Shown here: in pieces, positions 19,453 through 30,100 of the stretch | Layout of the letters: each line of letters starts with the position of its first letter | Numbering within the stretch: position 1 is the stretch's first letter | From: Candidatus Acidiferrum sp. | GTDB lineage: Bacteria > Acidobacteriota > Terriglobia > Acidiferrales > UBA7541 | Assembly (NCBI GenBank): GCA_035602505.1 | Contig: DATNMD010000049.1 | Location: 8,784 to 72,783 of the forward strand | Direction: 5' to 3' | DNA length: 64,000 nucleotides | Notes under the pieces: model-generated | What the model saw: the letters and a program-made list of their open reading frames with translations, nothing else | What the model was told of the DNA's origin: nothing | The model's database searches: none | Translations under genes and position numbers: made by a program

Positions 19453-20808
19453 ATGCCAATTGACCGGAAACCTGAGTTCTTCAAGGGCGCCCAGCTTAAG
19501 GTCGCCATTATCGGATGCGGATACGTAGGTTTGCCGCTGGCGCTGCGTTTTGCCGAAGCAGGGCACAAGGTGACGGGATTCGACACCGATCCCAACAAAG
19601 TGAATATGCTGAACGCCGGACGATCGTATATCGAGCATATCCCGCAGACGAAGATTCAGCAGTTCGTTAACAGCCGGCATTTTGGGGCGACCACGGACTT
19701 CGCGCGCTTGAGGGAGGCGGACGCCATCCTCATTTGCGTGCCGACACCACTGGACGAGCGGCGCGAGCCGGACTTGAGTTACGTCGAGCAAACGGCGATT
19801 TCGATTCAGCCGCACCTGCAGAAGGGGCATCTCGTGGTGCTGGAATCCACGACGTACCCAGGGACCACTGAAGAATTGGTGCTGCCGATTCTAGAGAAGA
19901 GCGGCCTGCGCTGTCCGATCGCGGCCGGGCCGGAAAATGAGAATGTCCCGTGCGACTTTTGGCTGGCGTTTTCTCCGGAACGCGAAGATCCGGGGAACAA
20001 GCAGTTTGGGTTGGCGCAAATCCCGAAAGTCGTCGGCGGCGTAAATCCTCCCAGCGGACGCGCTGCCGTGTCGCTGTACGCGCAAGTTGTTGCCCGAGTC
20101 GTTCCGGTAAGCTCCACTCGCGCGGCGGAGATGGCCAAACTGCTGGAAAATATTTTTCGTTGCGTGAATATTGCCATGGTGAACGAACTGAAGATGCTCA
20201 GCCTACGCATGGGTATCGACATCTGGGAAGTGATCGACGCAGCGGCAACGAAACCCTTCGGCTTTATGCCTTTTTATCCGGGGCCGGGGCTTGGCGGACA
20301 CTGCATTCCGGTGGACCCGTTCTATCTTTCGTGGAAGGCGCGCGAGTATGACTTTTCGACGCGCTTCATAGAGCTTGCGGGCGAAGTCAATACGGCTATG
20401 CCGTATCACGTCGTTGACGCAATTGCCGCCGCGCTGAACAATCACAAGAAAAGTTTGAAGGGCGCGAAGATCTTGATTTTGGGCGTGGCTTACAAAAAGG
20501 ATGTGGACGATTTGCGCGAGTCTCCAACGCTCAAGATCATGCAGCTACTGCAACAGCGCGGCGCACAGCTCGATTACAACGATCCGTATTTTCCGCAACT
20601 ACATAAAATGCGGCATTACAATTATGAGAATATGAAATCCGTACAGTTGAATCCGCAGGCGATTGGCAGCTACGACGCGGTGATCGTGGCCACGGATCAT
20701 TCAAGCTACGATTACGCGGCCATCGTCGACGCCGCGAAGCTGGTAGTGGACACGCGCAACGCCACGAGGCGTGTGATGCGTCACCGCGACAAGATCGTGC
20801 TCTGCTAA
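19453..20808 (+). CDS. UDP-N-acetyl-hexosamine dehydrogenase (WecC/WbpA-like)
   Basis: IIGCGYVGLPLA, CVPTP, LESTTYPGTT, FSPEREDPGN, KLLEN, GPGLGGHCIPVDP and GVAYKKDVDDLRESP. Confidence 0.92.
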   Translation: MPIDRKPEFFKGAQLKVAIIGCGYVGLPLALRFAEAGHKVTGFDTDPNKVNMLNAGRSYIEHIPQTKIQQFVNSRHFGATTDFARLREADAILICVPTPLDERREPDLSYVEQTAISIQPHLQKGHLVVLESTTYPGTTEELVLPILEKSGLRCPIAAGPENENVPCDFWLAFSPEREDPGNKQFGLAQIPKVVGGVNPPSGRAAVSLYAQVVARVVPVSSTRAAEMAKLLENIFRCVNIAMVNELKMLSLRMGIDIWEVIDAAATKPFGFMPFYPGPGLGGHCIPVDPFYLSWKAREYDFSTRFIELAGEVNTAMPYHVVDAIAAALNNHKKSLKGAKILILGVAYKKDVDDLRESPTLKIMQLLQQRGAQLDYNDPYFPQLHKMRHYNYENMKSVQLNPQAIGSYDAVIVATDHSSYDYAAIVDAAKLVVDTRNATRRVMRHRDKIVLC

Positions 20809-20813
20809 CCCAC

Positions 20814-21395
20814 ATGGCTGCGTCCGCCGAAGAGATTCGCCGCCAGCTAGAGGAAAGCGCTCGCGTCAAGCAGGCTTTCTCCGACGCGCTGATCCGAAAC
20901 ATCCTGCTGTTTGCGCAAAAATGTGCGACAGCCCTTCGCGCCGGCGGCAAAGTGGTGTTCTTTGGTAATGGCGGCAGCGCTGCTGACGCGTTGCACCTCG
21001 CGGCGGAGCTGGTAGTGAAATTACGCGACGACCGGCGCGGGCTGGCGGCCTTGGCGCTGACCACCAATCCATCGGTGCTGACTGCTGCGGGAAACGATTA
21101 TGGGTTCGAGCAGATTTTTGCGCGTCAGATCGAATCGCTTGTTTCGGCGCAGGACGTGTTGGTCGCTCTCTCCACCAGCGGCGACAGCGCAAACATTCTA
21201 AGAGGAATTGAAGCGGGGCGCACGCGGCGCGCGTTTCTTGTAGCGCTCACCGGTGAGACGGGCGGCGCGCTGGCGAGCAAGGTGGACCTGCTGCTGAACG
21301 TTCCCTCTCGGGATCCCCAGCGCATTCAGGAAGCGCACATCACTGTCGGGCACATCGCTTGCTCATTGATCGAGCAGCTCGCCTTGCTGGAGTAA
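20814..21395 (+). CDS. gmhA: Phosphoheptose isomerase (SIS domain)
   Basis: FGNGGSAADALHLAAE, NDYGF, LSTSGDS and RIQEAH..GH. Confidence 0.85.
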   Translation: MAASAEEIRRQLEESARVKQAFSDALIRNILLFAQKCATALRAGGKVVFFGNGGSAADALHLAAELVVKLRDDRRGLAALALTTNPSVLTAAGNDYGFEQIFARQIESLVSAQDVLVALSTSGDSANILRGIEAGRTRRAFLVALTGETGGALASKVDLLLNVPSRDPQRIQEAHITVGHIACSLIEQLALLE

Positions 21396-21403
21396 CCGCG
21401 GCT

Positions 21404-22294
21404 CTACTTCATTTTCACCAAGGCCACCCGCGCGGTCGCGAACGGCATTACCGCTTCGAGCAGCACGGGGGTCCGCGAAGGATTGTTTGCGAGATACAGT
21501 GCGAAATGGGCGTCCTTCAGTTCGGCTCCTGCGTCGAATATGCGAACTTCGATTTTTGAAGTGGCGAAGGTGCCCGCCGGCACGGTGATATTTTGCGGCG
21601 ACCCGTCGAGCCTTGCGCTAACGTCGTACAGCTTGTGGCCGTCATAGACTGGGCCGTGCACTTCGTGAATTTTCGTCCAGTCCACCGTGCGCAAATACTG
21701 CATTAGCCCCAGCGGGTCGCGGGTTCCCGGCACTACGCGCGTTTCTGTCGCATTTGAGGCAACGCGCTCTGCATCCGCTGTCCTCATGCGCTGAATCGAT
21801 TCTTGTTTTTGCCCGCGCTCGTTTAAATGCATTTCATATTGCAAACTGGAGAGAGTGGCGGCATCGCTGTAGGAATCAAACTGATCGTCAAGCTCGAAGA
21901 CCATGCGCAAAGGATTTTCCGTGCGCGCAAAGGCCTGCAGGTGCCAGGCATTCTTCCCGAAGAAGTCACGGCGTTCGGCAATTTGCAAACGTAGATTGGC
22001 GACGTTGCTGAGCTTCGCCACGTCCGCGGCAAATTCGAGCACTTCGCCAGGGCGCCAAGGTGTGCCCGCGTCCGCGGCTGCCACGCGGTCGCTGGGCTCG
22101 GTCGTTTTTGAGAGCGCGGGTGCGGCGGAAACTGGAGCTGCTTTGTCCGTCGTTACCGATGCTGGAGAAGCCACGGCGGGCTGCGCAGCCTTCGACACTC
22201 GACCGAAGGGGCCAATGCCATGCGCCCAGTAATACGCTCCGGCGGCGCATGCCAGCGCTGCTATCGCCGCGGTCGTTGCTGTGAGTTTGGTCAT
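21404..22294 (-). CDS. DUF3108-like exported protein
   Basis: Signal-like N-terminus, PWRPGEVLEF, RDPLGL and YDGHKLY. Confidence 0.65.
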   Translation of the reverse strand: MTKLTATTAAIAALACAAGAYYWAHGIGPFGRVSKAAQPAVASPASVTTDKAAPVSAAPALSKTTEPSDRVAAADAGTPWRPGEVLEFAADVAKLSNVANLRLQIAERRDFFGKNAWHLQAFARTENPLRMVFELDDQFDSYSDAATLSSLQYEMHLNERGQKQESIQRMRTADAERVASNATETRVVPGTRDPLGLMQYLRTVDWTKIHEVHGPVYDGHKLYDVSARLDGSPQNITVPAGTFATSKIEVRIFDAGAELKDAHFALYLANNPSRTPVLLEAVMPFATARVALVKMK

Positions 22295-22507
22295 GCTATT
22301 TCTGTGAACCTAGTCTGAAACAATCCGTTGCCTCGCTGCCGTCCGTCGTACAATACATTTTACGCGCATGGTGAGCGTCCAAGGATCGGCGGCTCGGCGC
22401 GAACTTTGAGATTATCAAAACGCGAGGCGCTCGTCTTTCTGAAGGGCGCGTCGCTTACCACGGCAGCCACCCGCCTGCTGTGAACCTGGTGGAGGAGGAT
22501 TCCCTGA

Positions 22508-23500
22508 ATGCGCTTCGTCGTCACAGGCGGCGCCGGTTTCATCGGTTCGAATACGGTGGACGAGCTCGTCCGCCGTGGGCACAGCGTCGTGGTGCTGGAC
22601 GATCTTTCTTCCGGTAAGGAAGAGAACCTCGCGGATATCCGCAACAAAATCACGTTGATTAAGGGCAGCATTACGGACATCGAAGTGGTTCGTAAGGCCA
22701 TGCACGAAGCCGAATACGTGCTGCACCTGGCGGCGCGCACTTCGGTCCCCAAGTCGGTCAAGGATCCCATTGAGACGAACCGAATCAATATCGACGGCAC
22801 GTTGAACGTATTGGTCGCGGCGCGTGACGCCAAAGTAAAGCGCATCGTCTTCGCAGCCTCGTCTTCCGCGTATGGAGAAACGCCTACGCTGCCCAAGATC
22901 GAAAAGATGGAGCCGCAACCCATCTCGCCCTACGGCGTCACAAAGTATGTCGGCGAGCTGTACGCGCAAACCTTCGGCCGGTGCTATGGACTGGAGAACG
23001 TGTCGCTACGCTATTTCAACATCTTCGGTCCTCGCCAGGATCCCAGCTCTCCGTATTCCGGCGTGCTGGCGAAATTTTGCAGCGCTTTTCTCGAAGACAC
23101 GCAACTTGTGATTTTCGGCGACGGCGAGCAAACGCGCGATTTCACATACGTGGACAATGCCGTGCAAGCCAATTTGCTGGCCTGTGAAGCTCCCAATGTT
23201 TCCGGCAAGGTGTTCAATGTTGGGGTCGGCGGACGTTTCAGCCTGAACCAGACCGTGGCGCTGCTCAATCAGATTTCCGGTAAGAACCTCGAAGCGAAAT
23301 TTGAACCGGCGCGCGACGGAGATATTCGCGACTCGCAAGCAGATGTTTCGCAGGCCCGCGAGTTCCTCGGTTATGAGCCGTCAATCGCATTCGAAGAGGG
23401 CCTGCGGCGCACCCTCGACTGGCATCGCGCGACGCAAGTCAAGACGGATGCCGCGCCTGCTACTGCTTCCGCACCCGCGCCGGCTCCTGCAAAATCCTGA
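22508..23500 (+). CDS. NAD-dependent nucleotide-sugar 4-epimerase (WbpP/GalE-like SDR)
   Basis: VTGGAGFIGS, ASSSAYG, SPYGVTK and RYFNIFGPRQDP. Confidence 0.92.
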   Translation: MRFVVTGGAGFIGSNTVDELVRRGHSVVVLDDLSSGKEENLADIRNKITLIKGSITDIEVVRKAMHEAEYVLHLAARTSVPKSVKDPIETNRINIDGTLNVLVAARDAKVKRIVFAASSSAYGETPTLPKIEKMEPQPISPYGVTKYVGELYAQTFGRCYGLENVSLRYFNIFGPRQDPSSPYSGVLAKFCSAFLEDTQLVIFGDGEQTRDFTYVDNAVQANLLACEAPNVSGKVFNVGVGGRFSLNQTVALLNQISGKNLEAKFEPARDGDIRDSQADVSQAREFLGYEPSIAFEEGLRRTLDWHRATQVKTDAAPATASAPAPAPAKS

Positions 23501-23572
23501 AAAGAAAAGGATGGAGCTTGGCTCTCGCTCCGGTGATTCTTCGACTTAGCGGGACCTGTCGCGCCAAGACTC

Positions 23573-26500
23573 TTACGGCAGGCTCGTCTTTCCGTAGCTC
23601 AGCGGCTCGCCGGCTTTCGGAGTATCGTAGTTCCAGAAGAAGAGCGGCTCGAGCTTTTTCTGCTCCGGCCAAATCTGGTCCAGCGTGTCGCCCTCGAACA
23701 GCTCGCCATTCTTCATGACCCAATGAACGCTGTTCGTGTTGTGAATATCAGCGAGCGGATCCTTGTCTAGAATAAGCAGATCTGCAAGCTTCCCCGGCTC
23801 GATCGAGCCGATATCCTGCGGGCGCCCAACAATCTTTGACCCATTGACCGTTGCGCACCGCAGCACTTCCATCGGCGTCATTCCGCCGCTGGCGAGCATC
23901 CACATCTCCCAGTGATACCCGAGCCCTTGCAACTGGCCATGACTGCCCACGCCCACCAGTCCGCCGGCGCGCTCGAGCTTGGCCATCTGCGCGGCCAGCT
24001 TGGGGAATGCGTACTCATCTTTCCGGAACCATCCTCCACGCCGCTTTGTTTTTTCGTCGATGATGCGGTGCGGCGTGAAATGGTTGAGCTTGGCGTCGTC
24101 GTGAACGTTCGAGGATTCGTAGAAGTAGTCCTCTCCGAACGGCCCGCCGTAGTTCACGATCAGAGTCGGAGTCTCGGCGATACCGGATTGCGCGAACATC
24201 TGCAGCACGTCCTTGTAGAGCGGCGTGATTGGCAGCGTGTGTTCGTTGCCGTGAAAGCCGTCGATCACGTGCGTCAGGTTGAGCTTCAGGTCCAGCGCGC
24301 CTTCGGTGGTCGGCATCATCTCTAGCTCTTTCGAAGCTTCCACCATGTACTGGCGCTGCTTGCGGTTGCCCACCACGTAGCTCTTGATGTTGTGCGTGCC
24401 GTAATATTTCTTGTACTTCGTCAACACGCCCTTCACTTCTTCCGTTGACTGGAAATTGTTGTCAGAGAAAACGCCCGGGCCGGTGGAAAACGCCCGCAGC
24501 CCGATGATGTCCCCGGTATCGACCAGGTCCTGATAAGCAAACATGTCGTTAGAGAACGTCTGGACGTCCAGCCCCGAGGTCACGCCGTAGGCCAAGTTCG
24601 CTAGGAACGCCCAGTTTTGCGTGTCCAGAATGCCGCGCCGAATTTCCAGCCAGTGCGCATGCGTATCAACAAAGCCCGGTACGATCGTTTTTCCACGAAC
24701 ATCGATCACCTTCGCGCCCGCCGCAACGCTTCCCTTTGCGCCCACACTCTTGATGCGATTGTTTTCCACCACGATGTCGGCATTCTTCAGCACTTCTTCG
24801 GAGCCGGCAGCGCCCTTCATCGTGATGACTGTCGCTCCGCGCAGAACTACCGTGCCTTTCGGCACCTTGCGGGGCGCTTCCACACTGACAGCGATCTCTT
24901 CAACGTTTTTGTCCAGCTCCTTGAATTTCTTCTCTTCTTTCTTCTCGTCCTTTTTCGCTTCGCTCGCGGAAGCGCCCGCGTCTTTCTTATCCGCGGCCTC
25001 CTTGTTGTCTCCGTCCTTTTTCTCGCCTTCTTTTTTTTCGTCCTTCGGTGTTTCAAAAGAGATAGCGCTCACCGGCTCGCGGAACAAGCTCGCGCCTACC
25101 GCCCAGGTAATGGTTTTGCCGTCGTCCGCCCAGGCAAAATAGTCCGCGCCGATGTCCGTCAGCCGTTTCACGGGCACCGATGCCGAGGCCAGATTGACGG
25201 TCGGCGCTTCGCCCCCCACTATGGGCATGGCGATCAGGTAGAGCTGATTGCTTATATGCGCCAGTACCCACTGCCCGTCGGGACTCGGCTGTACATCGTC
25301 GGCGGACACCGGTTCTTCCGCGAAAAATATGCCCTGGCCTTTCACTTGGAGATGTGTGCGACGGTCCGTGCCGTCGTAGCGCAACGACACCAATCCCTGC
25401 GGGGTATAAACATAAATGCGGTCCTTTTCATGCGTGAAATGCGGGCCGCCCGCGCCGCGAGCCGGCAGGATCAGATTGGCGTCGCCGCCGGCGGCGGGAA
25501 TCCACACAAGGTCCGCATTCGCTGTCTGCCCGCCATCAAATGCGCTGTTTTCCCGGTCATACGCGTTTCCGCGCAACGCCACGATTTTCGTGCCATCGGG
25601 CGACCACTCTGGATTGCTGTAGACTCCGGCTGACTTCGACAATTGCTGCGAAGTTCCGCCCGCCGCCGGCACCTTCCAGAGCTGCCCTCCTTCATTCGAC
25701 CAAGTTACGTAGGCGATTGTCTTGCCGTCCGGCGACCATGCCGGCTGAAATTCGCGCGCATTGCCGGTTGTCACGCGTCGCGGTTTCCCGCTGGGCAAGT
25801 CCAGCGTGTACAGATGGGTCAGCGCGGAGAACGCCAATTGTTTGCTGTCAGGTGATTCCACGGGGTCCTGAATTAGCCGCGCCTTTACCGGCCCTTCTTC
25901 GACTCTCTGCGGAAAATCCAACTTTGGCCCCAGTTCCTGAGAGACTTTGGCGGTAAACGGAATCACCGTCTCCGTTCCCGTTGCCAGATTCAGCCGCCGA
26001 ATCTTTCCGTCCTGGTTGTAGACAATCTCCTTCCCATCGGGCAGGAATGCAAATCCGGGAAAAAGGTCGCGAGTGAAGCGCGATTCCTGGTCGTCACGCG
26101 TGATGGGATACTTTACCCAGCGATCGTCGCCGCTCTGCAAATTGCGAACGCGCAATCCACTTTCCGTCTCGTACCGGGTCACGTACAGAATTTGTGTTCC
26201 GTCTGGCGAGAGCACCGGCCGGAAGCTGCTCTCCAGTTGTTGTAGCAGAACGTCCTCGTCTCCCGTCTTGCGGTCGCGGCGTGCGACCTGCCATAGCGGA
26301 AGCTGCGCATTGTAAGTAAAGCCGCCATGACGCATCGCGTAGTAAAGATACTTTCCGTCCGCGGAAGCCATCACGCCCAAGGCATTGTGGCGTTGCTCGC
26401 GCGGCGTGGTCGGCGCCGGCTTGGCTTTTGTGACCTGCACACCGGAGCCGCCCTGCACGTGGTACATCCAAATCTCGAAAGTATTGATGCCAAAGCCCGC

Positions 26501-27031
26501 TTTGGACACAAAGACGTAACTGCCATCCGGCGCCCAGCTTGGCGAAGCGAATTCGGCGTTGGGATCCTTGGAAACCTGCTTCGCGTCGCTCCCGTCGGCG
26601 CGCATGATCCAGACGTTCTCGCTCCCTTCGCGGTCGGAGAGAAACGCGATCCACTTTCCGTCGGGAGAAAACTTCGGCTGGCTGTCGAAGGCCATTCCGC
26701 CGGAGATCAGCTTGGCTTCTCCGCCCGCGATGGGCAGGGTGTAAATGTCCCCGAGCAGTTCGAATGCTATGGTCTTGCCGTCGGGCGCAACGTCCAGCGA
26801 GATCCACGTCCCTTCGTCGGTCGTAAATTCGATTTTCCGATCGGACTTCAGCGACAGCCCTTTCTTTTCATCCTTCTTGCCATCTTTCTTTTCTTCCTTC
26901 TTTTGTCCGCCGCCGCTTTCCTGCCGGGCAAGATTCCCAGCGAAAAGGTCCCCTGCCGCTAGCCCGAACACCACCGCAAACGCCACCAACCAGGCGCTCA
27001 CACCACTTCGCTCCAAACGCTTCGCGTTCAT
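23573..27031 (-). CDS. Secreted amidohydrolase with PD40/TolB-like beta-propeller repeats
   Basis: Signal peptide, repeated PxxSPDG units, GFVDTHAH metal motif, GSHGQ and GKLADL. GGAGGG lies 6 nt before ATG 27031. Confidence 0.88.
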   Translation of the reverse strand: MNAKRLERSGVSAWLVAFAVVFGLAAGDLFAGNLARQESGGGQKKEEKKDGKKDEKKGLSLKSDRKIEFTTDEGTWISLDVAPDGKTIAFELLGDIYTLPIAGGEAKLISGGMAFDSQPKFSPDGKWIAFLSDREGSENVWIMRADGSDAKQVSKDPNAEFASPSWAPDGSYVFVSKAGFGINTFEIWMYHVQGGSGVQVTKAKPAPTTPREQRHNALGVMASADGKYLYYAMRHGGFTYNAQLPLWQVARRDRKTGDEDVLLQQLESSFRPVLSPDGTQILYVTRYETESGLRVRNLQSGDDRWVKYPITRDDQESRFTRDLFPGFAFLPDGKEIVYNQDGKIRRLNLATGTETVIPFTAKVSQELGPKLDFPQRVEEGPVKARLIQDPVESPDSKQLAFSALTHLYTLDLPSGKPRRVTTGNAREFQPAWSPDGKTIAYVTWSNEGGQLWKVPAAGGTSQQLSKSAGVYSNPEWSPDGTKIVALRGNAYDRENSAFDGGQTANADLVWIPAAGGDANLILPARGAGGPHFTHEKDRIYVYTPQGLVSLRYDGTDRRTHLQVKGQGIFFAEEPVSADDVQPSPDGQWVLAHISNQLYLIAMPIVGGEAPTVNLASASVPVKRLTDIGADYFAWADDGKTITWAVGASLFREPVSAISFETPKDEKKEGEKKDGDNKEAADKKDAGASASEAKKDEKKEEKKFKELDKNVEEIAVSVEAPRKVPKGTVVLRGATVITMKGAAGSEEVLKNADIVVENNRIKSVGAKGSVAAGAKVIDVRGKTIVPGFVDTHAHWLEIRRGILDTQNWAFLANLAYGVTSGLDVQTFSNDMFAYQDLVDTGDIIGLRAFSTGPGVFSDNNFQSTEEVKGVLTKYKKYYGTHNIKSYVVGNRKQRQYMVEASKELEMMPTTEGALDLKLNLTHVIDGFHGNEHTLPITPLYKDVLQMFAQSGIAETPTLIVNYGGPFGEDYFYESSNVHDDAKLNHFTPHRIIDEKTKRRGGWFRKDEYAFPKLAAQMAKLERAGGLVGVGSHGQLQGLGYHWEMWMLASGGMTPMEVLRCATVNGSKIVGRPQDIGSIEPGKLADLLILDKDPLADIHNTNSVHWVMKNGELFEGDTLDQIWPEQKKLEPLFFWNYDTPKAGEPLSYGKTSLP

Positions 27032-27160
27032 GCTCATCCCTCCGAAATCATGAATACATCAGGAATTCAACGCCGCTAGCCCCAGAGCACAGACCACGTG
27101 CCAGCCGTCTCTGAGCAACCTTAGACGCGGCCTTCGCGCAAGGGTCTCAGTCTCCGAGCC

Positions 27161-30100
27161 CTACCGGGCTGACTCTTTGCTATCTCCGCCATCCGGGTGA
27201 TGCTCCGCCGGCTTCGGCACGATGTGCGGAATTCCCGCATCATTCATCTTCTTGTTGAGCGCCGGCAGGTCCTCGTCAATTAGCTTCTTGACCTGCGCCG
27301 AAGCGTCGCTAACGAGCGGGCCTAGTTCTACGAGCTTCTCCTTCTGTTGTCCACCAGGAGCCGCGGCGAATCCATCTAAATCTTGCAAGAGACCCTGCAC
27401 CTGATCCGGTAAAGGATCGGGCTTCCATTCAAACGGTGGACCTGCATTGCCGAGCTCTCCGCGTTCGCGGATGTATTTTTCGGCGACCTTGTCCACTTTT
27501 TTTTGCAGCTCGTCCGCCACCTTCTGTATCTCTTCAGGGATTTTTGGCACATCCGCCTTGCCGGCATCCGCCTTCCACTGTCCGCGCGCCGCATTCAACG
27601 CATCCTTCAGTCCCTGGATCGTTTTGCGGTCTTTGGCTGCGGTCTTTTCCATCGCGTAGAGCTGATCGATGGCTGCCCGCCGCGCGGCGCGATCCTCCGG
27701 GGAAAACTGAATGTGAGGGTCATCTTCGACCACTACCTCCTGCGTTTCCTCCTTCGTCCCAGATTTGATTTTGACGGTGTACTTTCCGGGCTCGACCCGC
27801 GGGCCGCGTGGACCTTCCCAGTATCCGGCGTTGATCATCTCCATCTGTTCCGGCGTGGGCTCGGCTGCCGAGTTGTAGCGCAAATCCCAATTGGTGCGAT
27901 TCACGCCCGCGGCTCCCGGCCCGTCAAACTCCCGCACTACGTTGCCGTCTTTATCGGTGACGCTGATCTTGACCTTGCCTTCTTTCTTCGGCTCCGCGGC
28001 GGATTTGCTCTTATCCTCTGCAGTGCTCTTGCCCTTTTCCTCTTTCTCGCTTTTCGCTGACGCGGCTTTGTCCTTGTCGTCCTTGTCCGTCTTTTGCTCG
28101 GTCTTCAGGGGCTCCGGCGGTACGGCTTCCTTCAAGTAGTAGTTCAGAATGGCGCCATAAGGCGGATTCTTTGCAGTAAAGAATTTCTGCCCTCCGCTCC
28201 AGCGCCGCATCCTTACGTTGAAAATAGTAGCCGCGTGCGGCGGAAAAAACGTCATGTCGCTATTCAACACGCTCGCGTCCATTTTCTCGATCGGCGTGAT
28301 GTCGTCGAAAATCCATATCGAGCGCCCGTGTGTAGCCAGCACGAGGTCGTTTTCCCGCGCTTGGATCTCGATATCGTCCACCGGCACGGTTGGGAAATTA
28401 TTCTTCAGCGCGGTCCAGTTCGCGCCGCGGTCCCAGGAGACCCACAGCCCGAATTCCAGCCCGGCAAACAGCAGGTTTTGATTGCGCGGGTGCTCGCGAA
28501 CCACGTGCACGCTTCCGGCGGAATCCGGGATGCCGTTGCGAATTGCTTTCCAGCTCTCGCCGTAATCATTGGTGACGAAGATGTAGATTCCGTAGTCATC
28601 GTTGCGATGACCATCGAACGTCACAAACGCCGCTCCTTCTCCGGACTTTGACGCCACCACGCGGCTGACGTACGTGCCCTTAGGCACGCCCGGAACACGC
28701 GAAGCCACATTCTTCCAATTCTTTCCGCCGTCACGCGTCACTTGCAGATTCCCGTCATCGGTGCCGACCCACAGCACGTTCGGCGTCAGCGGTGATTCGC
28801 TGAGCGTGGTGATGGTCGGATATTCCTGCACGCCGTCGTGCCGCGACAACGTGTTTTTGTCGGGCGTCTTTCCAAAGATTTGCAGCCTGTTGCGATCCGC
28901 ACCCGTGGTCAGGTCTCCGCCGAGCCGCGTCCAGGTATCGCCGCGCTCAGCGGACTTAAACAAATAATTTCCGCCGTAGTAGATCGTCGTGTGATTGTGC
29001 GCGGAGACCACCACTGGCGAATTCCACTGGAAGCGGTAATGCGCCTCTCCATATTTCGCTTCTGGCGATATCGAGCGTTGTTGCCCGGCCCGCAAATCGC
29101 GCCGATCAATGTTGCCGTCCTGCGATTCGGTGTACACGATCCAGGGCTCGACAGGATCGATCGCTGCGTAAAATCCGTCGCCGCCGTGAATCACATTCCA
29201 ATCTTCATTCGTGATGCCGTCGCGTGTCAGCGACTGGCTCGGCCCGCACCAGCTTCCGTTGTCCTGCAGCCCTCCGCAAATATGGTAGGGCCTCTCGTTG
29301 TCGAGGCCAATTTCGTAAAACTGGCCGATCGCAATCGTATTGACGAAATCCCACGTTCGCCCGCTGTCATAACTCCAGTGGATTCCGCCGTCGCTGCCGG
29401 TGATCATGTGATTCGAATCCGCCGGATCGATCCACATCGCGTGAAAATCGCCATGAATGCCCCTCACGCGATCGGTCGCAAATTTCTTGCCGCCGTCTTC
29501 GGAGTAAAACATCTGCGCGCCAAGTTCCCAGATGCGCAGATCGTTATTGGGGTCGATGCGGATCTGGCTGTAGTAGGAAGGCCGCGGATTCGTGTCGCCC
29601 ATCTTCTTCCAGGTCTCGCCTTTGTCTTCGCTGCGGAATGTTCCGCCCTTTTCGTGCTGCACAATCGCGTAAAGGATGTTCGGATCTTTGCGATAAATAT
29701 CCAGCCCGATGCGTCCGGTGTCGCCGCCGTTCTCGTACGGCAAGCCTTTCGTCAATTTCTTCCATGTCGCGCCGCCATCGGTCGTTTTGTAAATGCCGCT
29801 ATCCGAGCCGCCGCCGTTGAATCCGTAAGAGGTGCGGCGACGCTCATAGGCCGCGGCGTAGAGAATGTCCGGGCTCTGCGCATCCATGGCGATGTCGCTG
29901 ACGCCAGTGTCGTCATTTATCTTCAAGACCTGCGACCAAGTTTTTCCGCCGTCCGTCGTCTTGTACACGCCGCGTTCCGCATTCGGCCCCCACAAATGGC
30001 CCAGCGCCGCCACGTACACGACGTCCGGATTTCGCGGATGAATCACAATGCGTCCGATGTGATGGGTCGCCGCCAGCCCCATTTTCTGCCAAGTTTTTCC

